A DNA stretch of 64,000 nt from Phormidium sp. (lineage in GTDB: Bacteria > Cyanobacteriota > Cyanobacteriia > Cyanobacteriales > Aerosakkonemataceae). Positions 30,004 to 39,782 of the stretch are shown here, piece after piece. The number at the start of each line of letters is the position of its first letter. Positions within the stretch are counted from its first letter, which is position 1. Position numbers and translations under genes: made by a program. The notes beneath the pieces were generated by a model that saw only the letters and a program-made list of their open reading frames with translations, ran no database searches and had not been told where the DNA came from. The DNA lies in assembly GCA_051013385.1 (NCBI GenBank), contig CP143273.1, forward strand, positions 896,001-960,000, in the 5' to 3' direction.

Positions 30004-31152
30004 ATGTATAGTATTTCTGGATATGGCAGCATGATTGCTGACAAAGGACGTATGGATGCTTATGTTAAAGCGTTGCGTCAAACAGTAAAACCCAATTCTG
30101 TAGTAGTAGATATCGGAACTGGTGTTGGAATTTTTGCTTTGCTTGCCTGTCAGTTTGGGGCGAAAAAGGTTTACGCTATTGAACCTAGTGATGCTATCCA
30201 AGTAGCGAAGGAAATTGCTAGAAAAAATGGATATGGCGATCGCATTATTTTTATTCAAGATATCTCAACTAAGGTAAAAATCCCCGAACTCGCTGATGTA
30301 ATTGTTTCTGATATTCGCGGAATGTTGCCATTATTCCAGCAACATATTCCTACAATTATAGATGCGAGAAAACGTTTGCTTGCTCCGGAGGGAATTCTCA
30401 TTCCTCAGCGTGATACCTTGTGGGCAACAGTAGTGGAAGTGCCGCATTTGTACGATCGCATTGTCAATGTTTGGGATAATAATATTTATGGTTTAAACAT
30501 GACAGCGGCGCGACAAATTGTAATTAATAATTGGGGTAAAGGTTGGGTAGCACCAGCGCAACTTTTAACTGTGCCGCAATCTTGGGCAATCTTAGATTAT
30601 CCTACTATAGAAAGTCCTGATGTTACTGCCGAATTAAGTTGGAATGTAGCGCGGAGTGGAACAGGTTACGGAGTTAGTATTTGGTTTGATGCTATTTTAG
30701 CAGAAGGGGTGGGTTTTTCTACTGCGCCTGGTATGCCGGAACTGGTTTATGGCAGTGGTTTTCTTCCTTGGTTAAAGCCTGTTTTTTTAGAAGTTGGTGA
30801 TACAATTTCGCTAAATTTGCAAGCTAATTTGGTTGGTAATGATTATATTTGGCGGTGGAATACTTGTGTTTTAGATCAGGGTGATTCTAGTCAAGTTAAG
30901 GCGAATTTTCAGCAATCAACTTTTTTTGCTACGCCGCTTTCTCCAGTACAATTGCATAAGACTAGTTCTGCTTATTTGCCCAGTTTGAATGAAGATGGAG
31001 AGATCGATCGCTTAATTTTAAATTTGATTGGTGATGGCTTGGTGTTAGGTGATATTGCTACTCAAGTTCAGGAAAAATTTCCTACTTGCTTTGCTAATTG
31101 GCAAGATGCTTTAACAAGGGTGGGTAATCTGGCTCAGAAATATAGTAAATAA
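30004..31152 (+). CDS. Class I SAM-dependent methyltransferase, PRMT-like
   Basis: MIADKGRMDAY, VVDIGTGVGIFA..GAKKVYAIE, ADVIVSD, LLAPEGILIP, WFDA..FSTAP resemble the protein-arginine methyltransferase layout. Confidence 0.8.
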   Translation: MYSISGYGSMIADKGRMDAYVKALRQTVKPNSVVVDIGTGVGIFALLACQFGAKKVYAIEPSDAIQVAKEIARKNGYGDRIIFIQDISTKVKIPELADVIVSDIRGMLPLFQQHIPTIIDARKRLLAPEGILIPQRDTLWATVVEVPHLYDRIVNVWDNNIYGLNMTAARQIVINNWGKGWVAPAQLLTVPQSWAILDYPTIESPDVTAELSWNVARSGTGYGVSIWFDAILAEGVGFSTAPGMPELVYGSGFLPWLKPVFLEVGDTISLNLQANLVGNDYIWRWNTCVLDQGDSSQVKANFQQSTFFATPLSPVQLHKTSSAYLPSLNEDGEIDRLILNLIGDGLVLGDIATQVQEKFPTCFANWQDALTRVGNLAQKYSK

Positions 31153-31237
31153 TAAATATTTTTATGAACCGCAGAGACGCAGAGAACGCAGAGGGAAGAA
31201 AAGGAGGATTTTATAATTTAAATAGGATGGCTATACT

Positions 31238-33064
31238 ATGAGAAAATTTAGCTTTTTGAAGCAGAAAGTAAGAAATGCGTTTAGTCAGCTTCCCTATTTA
31301 ATCAAGGCTTTTGATTTAGTTTGGCAAGCTGCAAAAAAATGGACAGTTATCTGGGCAATTTTGTTAATTATTCAGGGGTTGTTACCAGTTGCTACTGTTT
31401 ATTTAACTCGGCAATTAGTTGATAGTTTGGTAGCAGCTTTAAATGTTGGCGCTTCTAAGGAAAATGCGATCCCAATTTTAATTTTAGTTGTTTTAATGGG
31501 AGGAGTTTTATTATTAACTCAAGTTTTGGGAAGTTTCTTAAGTTGGGTGCGTGTTGTTCAATCAGAATTAGTTAAGGATTATATTAGTTATTTGATTCAT
31601 AAAAAGTCGTTGGAAGTGGATTTTGCTTTTTATGAATCGGCAGAATATTACGATCGCCTACACCGCGCCAGACAAGATGCGGCATTTCGTCCAACTGCGT
31701 TATTAGAAAATAGCGGAAGTTTGGTACAAAATGGCATTACTTTAATCGCAATGGCGGCAGTTTTAAGTCAATTTGGTGTTGGGATTCCGGCGGCTTTATT
31801 AATTAGTACTTTACCCGCTTTTGCAGTAATTTTAAATTATAGTAAACAAAATTATAACTGGTGGATAAAAGCAACTGCTGATGAAAGACGTAGTTGGTAT
31901 TACTATTGGTTACTCACAGAAAAAGATTCGGCTGCGGAATTAAGAATTTTTGAATTAGGTGATTATTTTCAGTCTGCTTATCAGAGTTTACGGCGTAAGT
32001 TACGTGCCCAAAAAGTTGAGTTAGCAAAGAATGAGAGTTTAGCGAATTTGGGTGCTGGTGCGATCGCGCTTTTAATCACCGCCTTTGCTTTAACTTGGAT
32101 GGTGTGGCAAGTTTTGCAAAAACGAGTAACTTTAGGAGATTTAGCATTATTTTACCAAGCTTTTAACCAAGGTCAAACATTAATGCGAAGTTTGCTACAA
32201 AACTTAGGTCAAGTTTATAGTAATATGTTATTTTTAGGCAATCTTTTCGAGTTTTTAGAATTATCCCCCCAAGTAATAGATCCTCCTAATCCAAAGTTAA
32301 ACCCCAAAAAATTAAACCAAGAAATTAAATTTGAAAATATTTCTTTCTGGTATCCAGGTAGCAACAAAGCTGCCTTAGAAAACTTCAATTTAACTATCCC
32401 ATCAGGTAAAATTGTGGCAATTGTCGGCGCAAATGGTGCGGGTAAAAGTACCTTGCTAAAACTGCTTTGTCGCTTGTACGATCCTCAACATGGAAAAATA
32501 ACTTGGGATGGTATTGACTTACGTGATTTGCAAATTCAAAACTTACGAAGATTGATTACTGTTTTATTCCAACAACCTGTAGATTATAATGCTTCTGTTG
32601 CTGAAAATATAGCTTTGGGTGATTTATTAGCTACAGCAAAATTGCCGGAAATAGCTAATGCTGCTGAAGCTGCGGGTGCAGCAGAAATTATCGATCGTTT
32701 ACCTGAAAATTACAATACACTTTTAGGTAAATTATTTGCTGGTGGCGTGGAACTTAGCGGCGGTGAATGGCAAAGAATTGCTTTAGCAAGGGCTTTTCTG
32801 CGTCAGGCTCCTTTAATTATTTTAGATGAGCCAACTAGCGCAATGGATTCTTGGGCGGAAGCAGATTGGTTGGAGCGATTTTGCCAATTAGCTAAAGGGA
32901 GAACAGCTATTATTATTACCCATCGTTTTACCATTGCTAGACGTGCTGATATTATTCATGTTATGTCAGATGGTGAAATTGTAGAATCAGGGTGTCATGA
33001 TGAGTTATTAGCTCTTGGATGTCGTTATGCTCGCTCGTGGAAAACTCAAATGCAGGTAAAGTAA
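31238..33064 (+). CDS. ABC exporter (fused TMD-NBD; lasso D protein)
   Basis: N-terminal transmembrane segments, GANGAGKST, LSGGEWQRIALARA, ILDEPTS. Confidence 0.92.
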   Translation: MRKFSFLKQKVRNAFSQLPYLIKAFDLVWQAAKKWTVIWAILLIIQGLLPVATVYLTRQLVDSLVAALNVGASKENAIPILILVVLMGGVLLLTQVLGSFLSWVRVVQSELVKDYISYLIHKKSLEVDFAFYESAEYYDRLHRARQDAAFRPTALLENSGSLVQNGITLIAMAAVLSQFGVGIPAALLISTLPAFAVILNYSKQNYNWWIKATADERRSWYYYWLLTEKDSAAELRIFELGDYFQSAYQSLRRKLRAQKVELAKNESLANLGAGAIALLITAFALTWMVWQVLQKRVTLGDLALFYQAFNQGQTLMRSLLQNLGQVYSNMLFLGNLFEFLELSPQVIDPPNPKLNPKKLNQEIKFENISFWYPGSNKAALENFNLTIPSGKIVAIVGANGAGKSTLLKLLCRLYDPQHGKITWDGIDLRDLQIQNLRRLITVLFQQPVDYNASVAENIALGDLLATAKLPEIANAAEAAGAAEIIDRLPENYNTLLGKLFAGGVELSGGEWQRIALARAFLRQAPLIILDEPTSAMDSWAEADWLERFCQLAKGRTAIIITHRFTIARRADIIHVMSDGEIVESGCHDELLALGCRYARSWKTQMQVK

Positions 33065-33070
33065 AAGTTA

Positions 33071-34210
33071 ATGAAAAACTTAAAAGAAAACCAATCATTA
33101 ATAACCTTAATTTTACGGGGAAGATGGGATAAAACAGCGTTACAAGTGGCGCGAGAAATAGCAATAAATAAAGATTTAAATTGGGATAATTTATGTCAAT
33201 TTGTATATATTGAAGCTTTGATCCCACTGCTTTATCGAATTTTGCGAAATGAAGATTGGTTGCCCGAAAATGTACAGACAGAATGGCGCAATGCCTATTA
33301 TCAAAATGCTTGTCGCAATACTTTATTGCTGAAAGAATTGGGTAATGTGTTGCAAAGTTTGGCAGATGTTGGAGTAGATGTAATCGTTCTTAAAGGTGCA
33401 GCTTTGGCGGAAAAGGTTTATGGTGATATCGCTGCTAGACAGATGGTAGATTTAGATTTACTAATTAAACCGGAAGATTTAACAATTGTGAGAAAAGTTG
33501 TGGCAAATTTGGGTTATCAGCTGGCAGGTGTGGAAATGCAATCTGGTTTTAATGAAGAGTTTCGCAATGAGGAAATTCATTGGAAGCAGGGATTAGTAAA
33601 TGTTAATTTAGATTTGCATTGGAAATTAGTTAGTCCAGTTTATTATCAACGGACTTTTTTAACTGATTGGTTTTGGGAAACGGCTATACCAACTAAACTT
33701 AGTGATGCTCCGGCTTTTATTTTAGGTAATGAAGCGCAAATTGTTTATTTATGTGCTCATTTAATGTTGCATCATGGGGGAAATAGTTTACTTTGGTTAC
33801 ATGATATTGCTGAGGCGATCGCCTTTTCCCCCACACAAATAGATTGGAATTTAGTGATTACTAAAGCACAAACTTACAATTTAGTATTATCAGTGCAACA
33901 AATTTTGCTGCGAGTAGCTGATGAATGGAAAGCGGAAATTCCGGGAGATGTGCGATCGCAATTAGCCACTTTAAAACCTTCCTGGCAAGAAATCAGAGCT
34001 TATTCTTGGCAAAATCAAACAATGGCTTTACGCTTATTTGATGATTTAGCAGGTGCAAAAGATTGGCTGACTCGTTTACATATCGCTTGGGATTCATTAT
34101 TTCCTAGTCGCGCTTATATGCAGCACCGTTACGAAATTCGCCATCCTTTACTTATTCCTTTATATTATCCCTATCGTTGGTTACGAGGTTTCAGAAAAGT
34201 ATCTGGATGA
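33071..34210 (+). CDS. Nucleotidyltransferase family protein (lasso-associated type)
   Basis: VIVLKGAAL, RQMVDLDLLI, LDLHW, LLWLHDI. Confidence 0.85.
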   Translation: MKNLKENQSLITLILRGRWDKTALQVAREIAINKDLNWDNLCQFVYIEALIPLLYRILRNEDWLPENVQTEWRNAYYQNACRNTLLLKELGNVLQSLADVGVDVIVLKGAALAEKVYGDIAARQMVDLDLLIKPEDLTIVRKVVANLGYQLAGVEMQSGFNEEFRNEEIHWKQGLVNVNLDLHWKLVSPVYYQRTFLTDWFWETAIPTKLSDAPAFILGNEAQIVYLCAHLMLHHGGNSLLWLHDIAEAIAFSPTQIDWNLVITKAQTYNLVLSVQQILLRVADEWKAEIPGDVRSQLATLKPSWQEIRAYSWQNQTMALRLFDDLAGAKDWLTRLHIAWDSLFPSRAYMQHRYEIRHPLLIPLYYPYRWLRGFRKVSG

Positions 34211-34299
34211 TTCTTTTCTAGTGATGGGAGTGATAAAAAGAATATGGAAAAGTTCAGCGTTACCAGGCTACAGCTTGGTAACGAGTAGAATTCGTAATT

Positions 34300-35235
34300 T
34301 TAACCATCGGCATTAATTTTAACTATTAATTCTTCCAAGATTTTAGAAGCGTCTTCATGGGCTACTTGACAAGTTCCGGCATTGGCGTGTCCGCCGCCGC
34401 CATAAGTCAACATTAATTCTCCTATATTGGTTTTAGAAGTGCGGTTAAAAATTGATTTTCCGACGGCAAAAACAGTATTTTGCTGTTTCAGACCCCACAA
34501 AACATGGATGGAGATATTGCACTCAGGAAAAAGGGCATAAACCATAAATCGGTTGCCTGCATAAATTACTTCCTCTGGGCGTAAGTCTATAACAACTAAG
34601 TTGTCATAAACCTTAGAACATCTTTCAATTTGGTTTTTAAATTCTTCTTGTTGAGAAAAATATACTTCTGCCCTTTCTTTAACATCTGGGACTTCTAAGA
34701 TTTGGTCAATAGTTTGATTTTTACAGCAATCAATTAACTGCATCATTAATTGATAATTAGAAATTCTAAAATCTCTAAATCTGCCTAATCCTGTCCGGGC
34801 ATCCATCAAAAAGTTTAAGAGTACCCAACCTTCGGGATTTAAAACTTCTGCTTGGGTAAATTGAGCCGAATCAGCTTTATCTACTGCTAATAGCATTTCA
34901 GTGGAAATATTGGCAAATCTTTCTTCCCCGCCAAAATAGTTATAAACTACCCTCGCTGCTGAGGGGGCATTGGGGTCAATAATATGATTCGATTGAATTT
35001 CTTGATTTCTGATAGTTTCGCTCAGGTGGTGGTCGAAAGCGAGATGAACTCCGCTGACGTAGGGTAAATTGGTGGTAATATCCCGATCGCTAATTTCAAT
35101 TTTGCCATCCTGCATATCTTTGGGATGGACAAACTTAATCTCATCAATGGTATCTAGTTCCTTCAGGAGCACTGCACACACCAGTCCATCAAAGTCGCTT
35201 CTAGTTACTAATCTGTATTTTTCTTTAGTAGACAT
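34300..35235 (-). CDS. DHH-family phosphoesterase (exopolyphosphatase-like/nanoRNase)
   Basis: RSDFDGL, FDHH, YGGGGHANAG. Confidence 0.88.
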   Translation of the reverse strand: MSTKEKYRLVTRSDFDGLVCAVLLKELDTIDEIKFVHPKDMQDGKIEISDRDITTNLPYVSGVHLAFDHHLSETIRNQEIQSNHIIDPNAPSAARVVYNYFGGEERFANISTEMLLAVDKADSAQFTQAEVLNPEGWVLLNFLMDARTGLGRFRDFRISNYQLMMQLIDCCKNQTIDQILEVPDVKERAEVYFSQQEEFKNQIERCSKVYDNLVVIDLRPEEVIYAGNRFMVYALFPECNISIHVLWGLKQQNTVFAVGKSIFNRTSKTNIGELMLTYGGGGHANAGTCQVAHEDASKILEELIVKINADG

Positions 35236-35463
35236 ATCAGTTCCTTGTTGCGTCGATTAAATTAGTAGCTTGGCCTGAGAAAATCTTCTTATTATACCAA
35301 GTTGCCTCGTCTAGATCAATCACTCAAACTGGAAGGAGATAGTGGGAGCGCAGATCTGTAGGATGCGTTAGCTTTAGCGTAACGCATCTTCTTTTTGTTG
35401 GGTGATGAATTGAGAGCGATCGCACTATTTCATGAAATTAACTGACAACAAACGAGATTAAGA

Positions 35464-35745
35464 TTACTTGAGTGGATGATGTTCTGTTAAAATTTTTTCG
35501 ACTCTGGCTTCGTCAATTCTGGCTGTTAATTTTGAGGCTTCATGATTGTCTCTAGTGGTTTTAGCTAATGTAAAAGTAGAACCGATCGAAAATAGTAAAC
35601 CCATTCCCATATAACCTTTTACCCAACCATCTACAGGTAAATAAATTATCCCGACGGAGGTGGCGGAAAGAGAAAGAACAAAGGAGAGCCAAACTTGAAT
35701 AATCCAAGCTGTCGTATCTTTTTGATTGTTAAGTGGTTGTTGCAT
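35464..35745 (-). CDS. YiaA/YiaB family inner membrane protein
   Basis: Two TM segments, WVKGYMGMG, LAKTTRDNHE. Confidence 0.8.
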   Translation of the reverse strand: MQQPLNNQKDTTAWIIQVWLSFVLSLSATSVGIIYLPVDGWVKGYMGMGLLFSIGSTFTLAKTTRDNHEASKLTARIDEARVEKILTEHHPLK

Positions 35746-36156
35746 AATCTCTCCTATAAGAAGGATGAAAATTTTGGTTAATTTGCTATGCTTTAGATCT
35801 TCTAATTAGTTTTTGCCCTTAATAAATTTGCAGTGACAGTTTGTTAACTGGGTGAAATAAATCAAAGATTATTAACCGTAAATAGCGGTTTTGTCAGCTA
35901 ATTTGCTATAAAAGATGGGGACAGTTTCGTAACTGACACAGGAATCAATCATCTCTTAGTTAGATGTTGCAAGAAACGTATTTTTGTAAAGAAAAGCAAT
36001 TTATTATAAATAATTTGGTGAAAGGTAAGCGATCGCAGCAAATTCATCTTCCCAATTAAGAAAAAAAATAGTAAAACTAGAACGGGTATTTTCTCCTAAG
36101 TAATTATGTGGAAAACTGTTTTACACTATATATTAGTCTGTATTTTGGTTGCAAAC

Positions 36157-36735
36157 ATGAATACTTATTTAGGCAACCTGGGTAGTGGGCAACAAGTTTA
36201 CGTTGAAAATCAGGGAACGCAAACGATCGTCACACTTTTCAGCAGTAGTCCAGGACAACAACAAAGTCAAAGCAACAGTTTTCCCACAGGTTCTTGGGTA
36301 CAACCGCCAGCTTTGTTTCGCACTGCATCAGGGGCAATTTTGCAAATTCAAACTCAATCAGGTAATCAGTTTGTAAGTCTGCAAACTAGTGGAATGAGTA
36401 GTTTAAATGAAACTCCTTCTTTGAGTAATGCAGAAAATATTCCCCTGCAACAAACGGAAAAAAAACCCACATCGACAATGCCATCAATGCCAGCAATGCC
36501 ACCAATGGAACCTATGAAACCAATGGAACCTATGAAACCAATGAAACCAATGCGAATGGGTGATATGGAAATGCAAATGTCGCCAACAATGGAAATGCGA
36601 ATGGGAAATATGGAGTTAAAAATGCCGCCGATGGGAACAGCAAACTCAGCAAAAAGTGGTTTTTGTACTCAATGTGGTAATCAAGTAAGTGAACAAGATA
36701 AATTTTGCGCTCGATGCGGTCATCAACTTAGATAG
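36157..36735 (+). CDS. Zinc-ribbon protein with Met/Pro-rich linker
   Basis: (MEP/MKP)n repeats and C-terminal FCTQCG..FCARCG; ATG 36157 preferred. Confidence 0.75.
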   Translation: MNTYLGNLGSGQQVYVENQGTQTIVTLFSSSPGQQQSQSNSFPTGSWVQPPALFRTASGAILQIQTQSGNQFVSLQTSGMSSLNETPSLSNAENIPLQQTEKKPTSTMPSMPAMPPMEPMKPMEPMKPMKPMRMGDMEMQMSPTMEMRMGNMELKMPPMGTANSAKSGFCTQCGNQVSEQDKFCARCGHQLR

Positions 36736-37396
36736 GTTGGATACATTCTGCGCGATCGTTTTTCGGGTTATTCACCTTTGTGCTAACAGGATAAGCGGTC
36801 ATTTCCTCTGTGGGGTAGGGTTGAAGCAGCGATTGTAATAATTCGACTTTTTTAGCTTCTGTATCTAACCATTGTTCGTAGTTTTTGGACTCAAGAATTA
36901 CTGGCATTCGCTCATGAATTGGACGCATTAATTCATTGGCTTCGGTCGTCAAAATTGTACAACTTTCTATTGGTTCACCCTCCCCTTTTTCCCAATGTTC
37001 CCACAAACCCGCAAAAGCAAAAGTTTCGCCATTTTCCAAGCGGAAATAAAAGGGTTGCTTTTCCCCGTTTTGGGTTTGCCATTCATAAAAACCGTCAGCT
37101 AAAATCAAACAACGTCGCTTTTTAAAAGCTGAACGAAAGGCTGGTTTTTCGGCAACTGTTTCGGCTCTTGCGTTAATTAGTTTCGCTCCCATTTTCGCAT
37201 CTTTTGCCCAACTGGGAATTAAACCCCAACGTAGCATTTTCAATTGGCGTTCTGAACTTTCGGAATTTACTGAAACTGTTGCTATTTGTTGAGTTGGTGC
37301 GATGTTATATCTAGGAGAAAGCGGAGGAACTTCTTTAACTTGAAACTTGTCAGCTATAGCTTCGGCTACTTGGTTAAAACTGTATCTGCCACACAT
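36728..37396 (-). CDS. SOS response-associated peptidase (SRAP/YedK family)
   Basis: MCGRY N-terminus, RYNIAPTQ, INARAET, GFYEW, IHERMPVIL. Confidence 0.93.
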   Translation of the reverse strand: MCGRYSFNQVAEAIADKFQVKEVPPLSPRYNIAPTQQIATVSVNSESSERQLKMLRWGLIPSWAKDAKMGAKLINARAETVAEKPAFRSAFKKRRCLILADGFYEWQTQNGEKQPFYFRLENGETFAFAGLWEHWEKGEGEPIESCTILTTEANELMRPIHERMPVILESKNYEQWLDTEAKKVELLQSLLQPYPTEEMTAYPVSTKVNNPKNDRAECIQPI

Positions 37397-37415
37397 AAAA
37401 TTTGAGGAATTGGTA

Positions 37416-38024
37416 ATGTATAAATTATACGAATTTTTTTCTTCTGGTAACTGCTACAAAATCAGACTTTTGTTGACTCAATTAGATATTCCTTTTCAAA
37501 GAATAGAAATTAACATTCTCAAAGGAGAAAGCCGAACTCCTGAGTTTTTAACCAAAAATCTTAATGGGAGAACTCCAGTTTTAGAAATAGAACCAGGAAA
37601 ATTTTTGGCAGAATCAAATGCCATCCTTTTTTACTTGAGTGAGGGAACAGATTTTTTGCCAACAGACTCTTTTGAAAAGGCGCAAATCCTGCAATGGTTA
37701 TTTTTTGAACAGTACAGCCACGAACCTTATATTGCTACTTCTCGATATTGGATTTCGATTTTAGGAAAAGCTGAAGAATACCGGGAAGCACTCAACCAAA
37801 AAAGAGCCGGAGGTGAGGCTGCATTAAAAGTAATGGAACAGCATTTATCTCAGCATCATTTTTTTGTTGGTGAACGTTATACTATTGCTGATATTGCTTT
37901 GTTTGCTTATACTCATGTGGCTGATGAAGGAGGATTTGATTTATCCGAATTTCCGGCTATTCAAGCTTGGATAAAGCGAGTACAAGCGCAGCCAAAACAT
38001 ATCAGTATTACACAACAAGTATAG
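37416..38024 (+). CDS. Glutathione S-transferase family protein
   Basis: SGNCYKIRL, LAESNAILFYL, YTIADIAL; ATG 37416 has a GAGGA RBS. Confidence 0.9.
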   Translation: MYKLYEFFSSGNCYKIRLLLTQLDIPFQRIEINILKGESRTPEFLTKNLNGRTPVLEIEPGKFLAESNAILFYLSEGTDFLPTDSFEKAQILQWLFFEQYSHEPYIATSRYWISILGKAEEYREALNQKRAGGEAALKVMEQHLSQHHFFVGERYTIADIALFAYTHVADEGGFDLSEFPAIQAWIKRVQAQPKHISITQQV

Positions 38025-38035
38025 CAAAAATAAAT

Positions 38036-38263
38036 TTAGGAATCATTGTCTATTTCTACTAATTTTCTTCTTGAGGATAGACCTGATTTAATGGTAATTT
38101 GAGATTTAGAGACGTTAAACTTTTCTGCTAAGAGTTTGATTAATTCTTCATTGGCTTTGCCGTCAACTGGTGGTGATTTTAAATGTACAGTTAAGCTACC
38201 ATCAGCCTCTTCTTGAATGTTTTGCTGTTTAGAATTGGGTTTAACCTTAACTTGTTTTTTCAT
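38036..38263 (-). CDS. DUF167/YggU family protein
   Basis: [27 protein letters not shown]. Confidence 0.88.
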   Translation of the reverse strand: MKKQVKVKPNSKQQNIQEEADGSLTVHLKSPPVDGKANEELIKLLAEKFNVSKSQITIKSGLSSRRKLVEIDNDS

Positions 38264-38666
38264 GCTTTTTTCCTTGCCGCCAAAGTTGACGCAACCACAA
38301 CCAACCGAGGAAACTACCTATTAAATAGTAAACAAAGTCTTGCCAATCAAAATGGGTTCCTAGAGTCATTCTTCCCCAGAAGGTATAGCGAAATCCTTCT
38401 AAAAATGGCGGTTTCCAAAGTTGGAGGATTTCTATTATACTGTTAAATGTGAAAACCAAAATCGGAATTTGTTTGATAGCAGGATAAGTGGTGAAGAAGA
38501 AAAAGAGTATTAAACACCAAAAGATTTGGTAGATAATGTCTCCTGCGTAATGATTAATCCATGATTGGGCAGGGCCGTTATAAAATTTAGTCAAAAAGCC
38601 TAGAGGTGTAACAATTAGTAGTGAAATTAGAGTGAATTGACGAATTTTGGTTTTGTTATAACTCAA
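38247..38666 (-). CDS. DUF2809 membrane protein
   Basis: [23 protein letters not shown]. Confidence 0.75.
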   Translation of the reverse strand: MSYNKTKIRQFTLISLLIVTPLGFLTKFYNGPAQSWINHYAGDIIYQIFWCLILFFFFTTYPAIKQIPILVFTFNSIIEILQLWKPPFLEGFRYTFWGRMTLGTHFDWQDFVYYLIGSFLGWLWLRQLWRQGKKHEKTS

Positions 38667-38828
38667 AATTTTACCTCTATTAGACTGAATCTAGATCCCC
38701 GACTTCTTCAAGAAGTCGGGGATCTGCGAAAATCGGGAGACAAACAAAAGCCTATCTGAGTTAAATTATCCCTCAGATAGGTGTGTTTTTTGAGAGGCAA
38801 ATTGTACTAATGAGATCTTTTGATTGGG

Positions 38829-39350
38829 TTATGATTGATTGCGATCGGTATAGCCAATTACAGCGATTTTGTGTCGATATACTAACTCGCCACCATACCA
38901 ACCAGAAAGACCGAGAAGCAATGCCACAATAATAGAAATAACTAATCCTGTAGGTATAACTGCTCCAGCCAAATTTCCCCAACGCAATACTAAGTTAACA
39001 CCTGTTAGCCCTAAAACCGCAACGTTGAGGATCATGTGTGCCCAACCTGCGGTACGTTTGCGGACTCTTTCTATGCCGAAAAAGTCCATTAATCCTGTAG
39101 CTGCTGCTAGCAAACCAGTTGCTGTTCCGGCAGCTAATAACCAAAAAGAACCCCTTGCCCAAAACAAATCTTTTGTCAAAAAATAGACGATATCGCAGAC
39201 AGGTACTGCCACTAAAAAAGCAATTGGTAAAGTGACAATTACTGGATGTATTGGATGTCCTGCGATCGCTACTGTACTAGTGACACCGCTATCTTGATAC
39301 TCTGATTGATGGCTTTCAATTAGTGGGGGAAGATTTGGAGTTTGTGTCAT
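38829..39350 (-). CDS. DUF2231 membrane protein
   Basis: GHPIHP, TGLMDF, WAHMILN, GWYGGELVYRH. Confidence 0.8.
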   Translation of the reverse strand: MTQTPNLPPLIESHQSEYQDSGVTSTVAIAGHPIHPVIVTLPIAFLVAVPVCDIVYFLTKDLFWARGSFWLLAAGTATGLLAAATGLMDFFGIERVRKRTAGWAHMILNVAVLGLTGVNLVLRWGNLAGAVIPTGLVISIIVALLLGLSGWYGGELVYRHKIAVIGYTDRNQS

Positions 39351-39782
39351 ATTTCTCTAAAGTTGTTTGGTTCGCCTAATTAGGTTTTTTGCTAGTCAGC
39401 GTTTGACTATCAGAAATTGCTTTGGCAAGACAACATATCCCAGTTGCAAATTTTCTGAGGATAACTTTATACAGGGAATCGTACAGCTTTAATCTATATT
39501 ATTAGCGAAAAAAGCGTATCTATCTCACGAAGTAGATGATAGAGAATTTTTATATATCTCTGAGTAGAATGTCAAGCAAATATTAGAGTTTTTTATGAGT
39601 TACATATAATATGTGTTCGGAAAAACATTAAATTTATTTATTAGTAAACCGAATCAGAGGTTAAATAGAATTTAATCGGTTTTAACTCCGTCAAAAGAGA
39701 GAGGAAATCGCTGTCTTCCTATTGCAGGATCAAACTAGATAAGTTTGACGATTTTAAGAGAATAAACACAGAGGAGAACAAC

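Noticed and set aside
37347..37415. Extended N-terminus of the GST ORF given in the track
   Set aside because: It overlaps the SRAP gene; ATG 37416 has an RBS and matches the GST family start.
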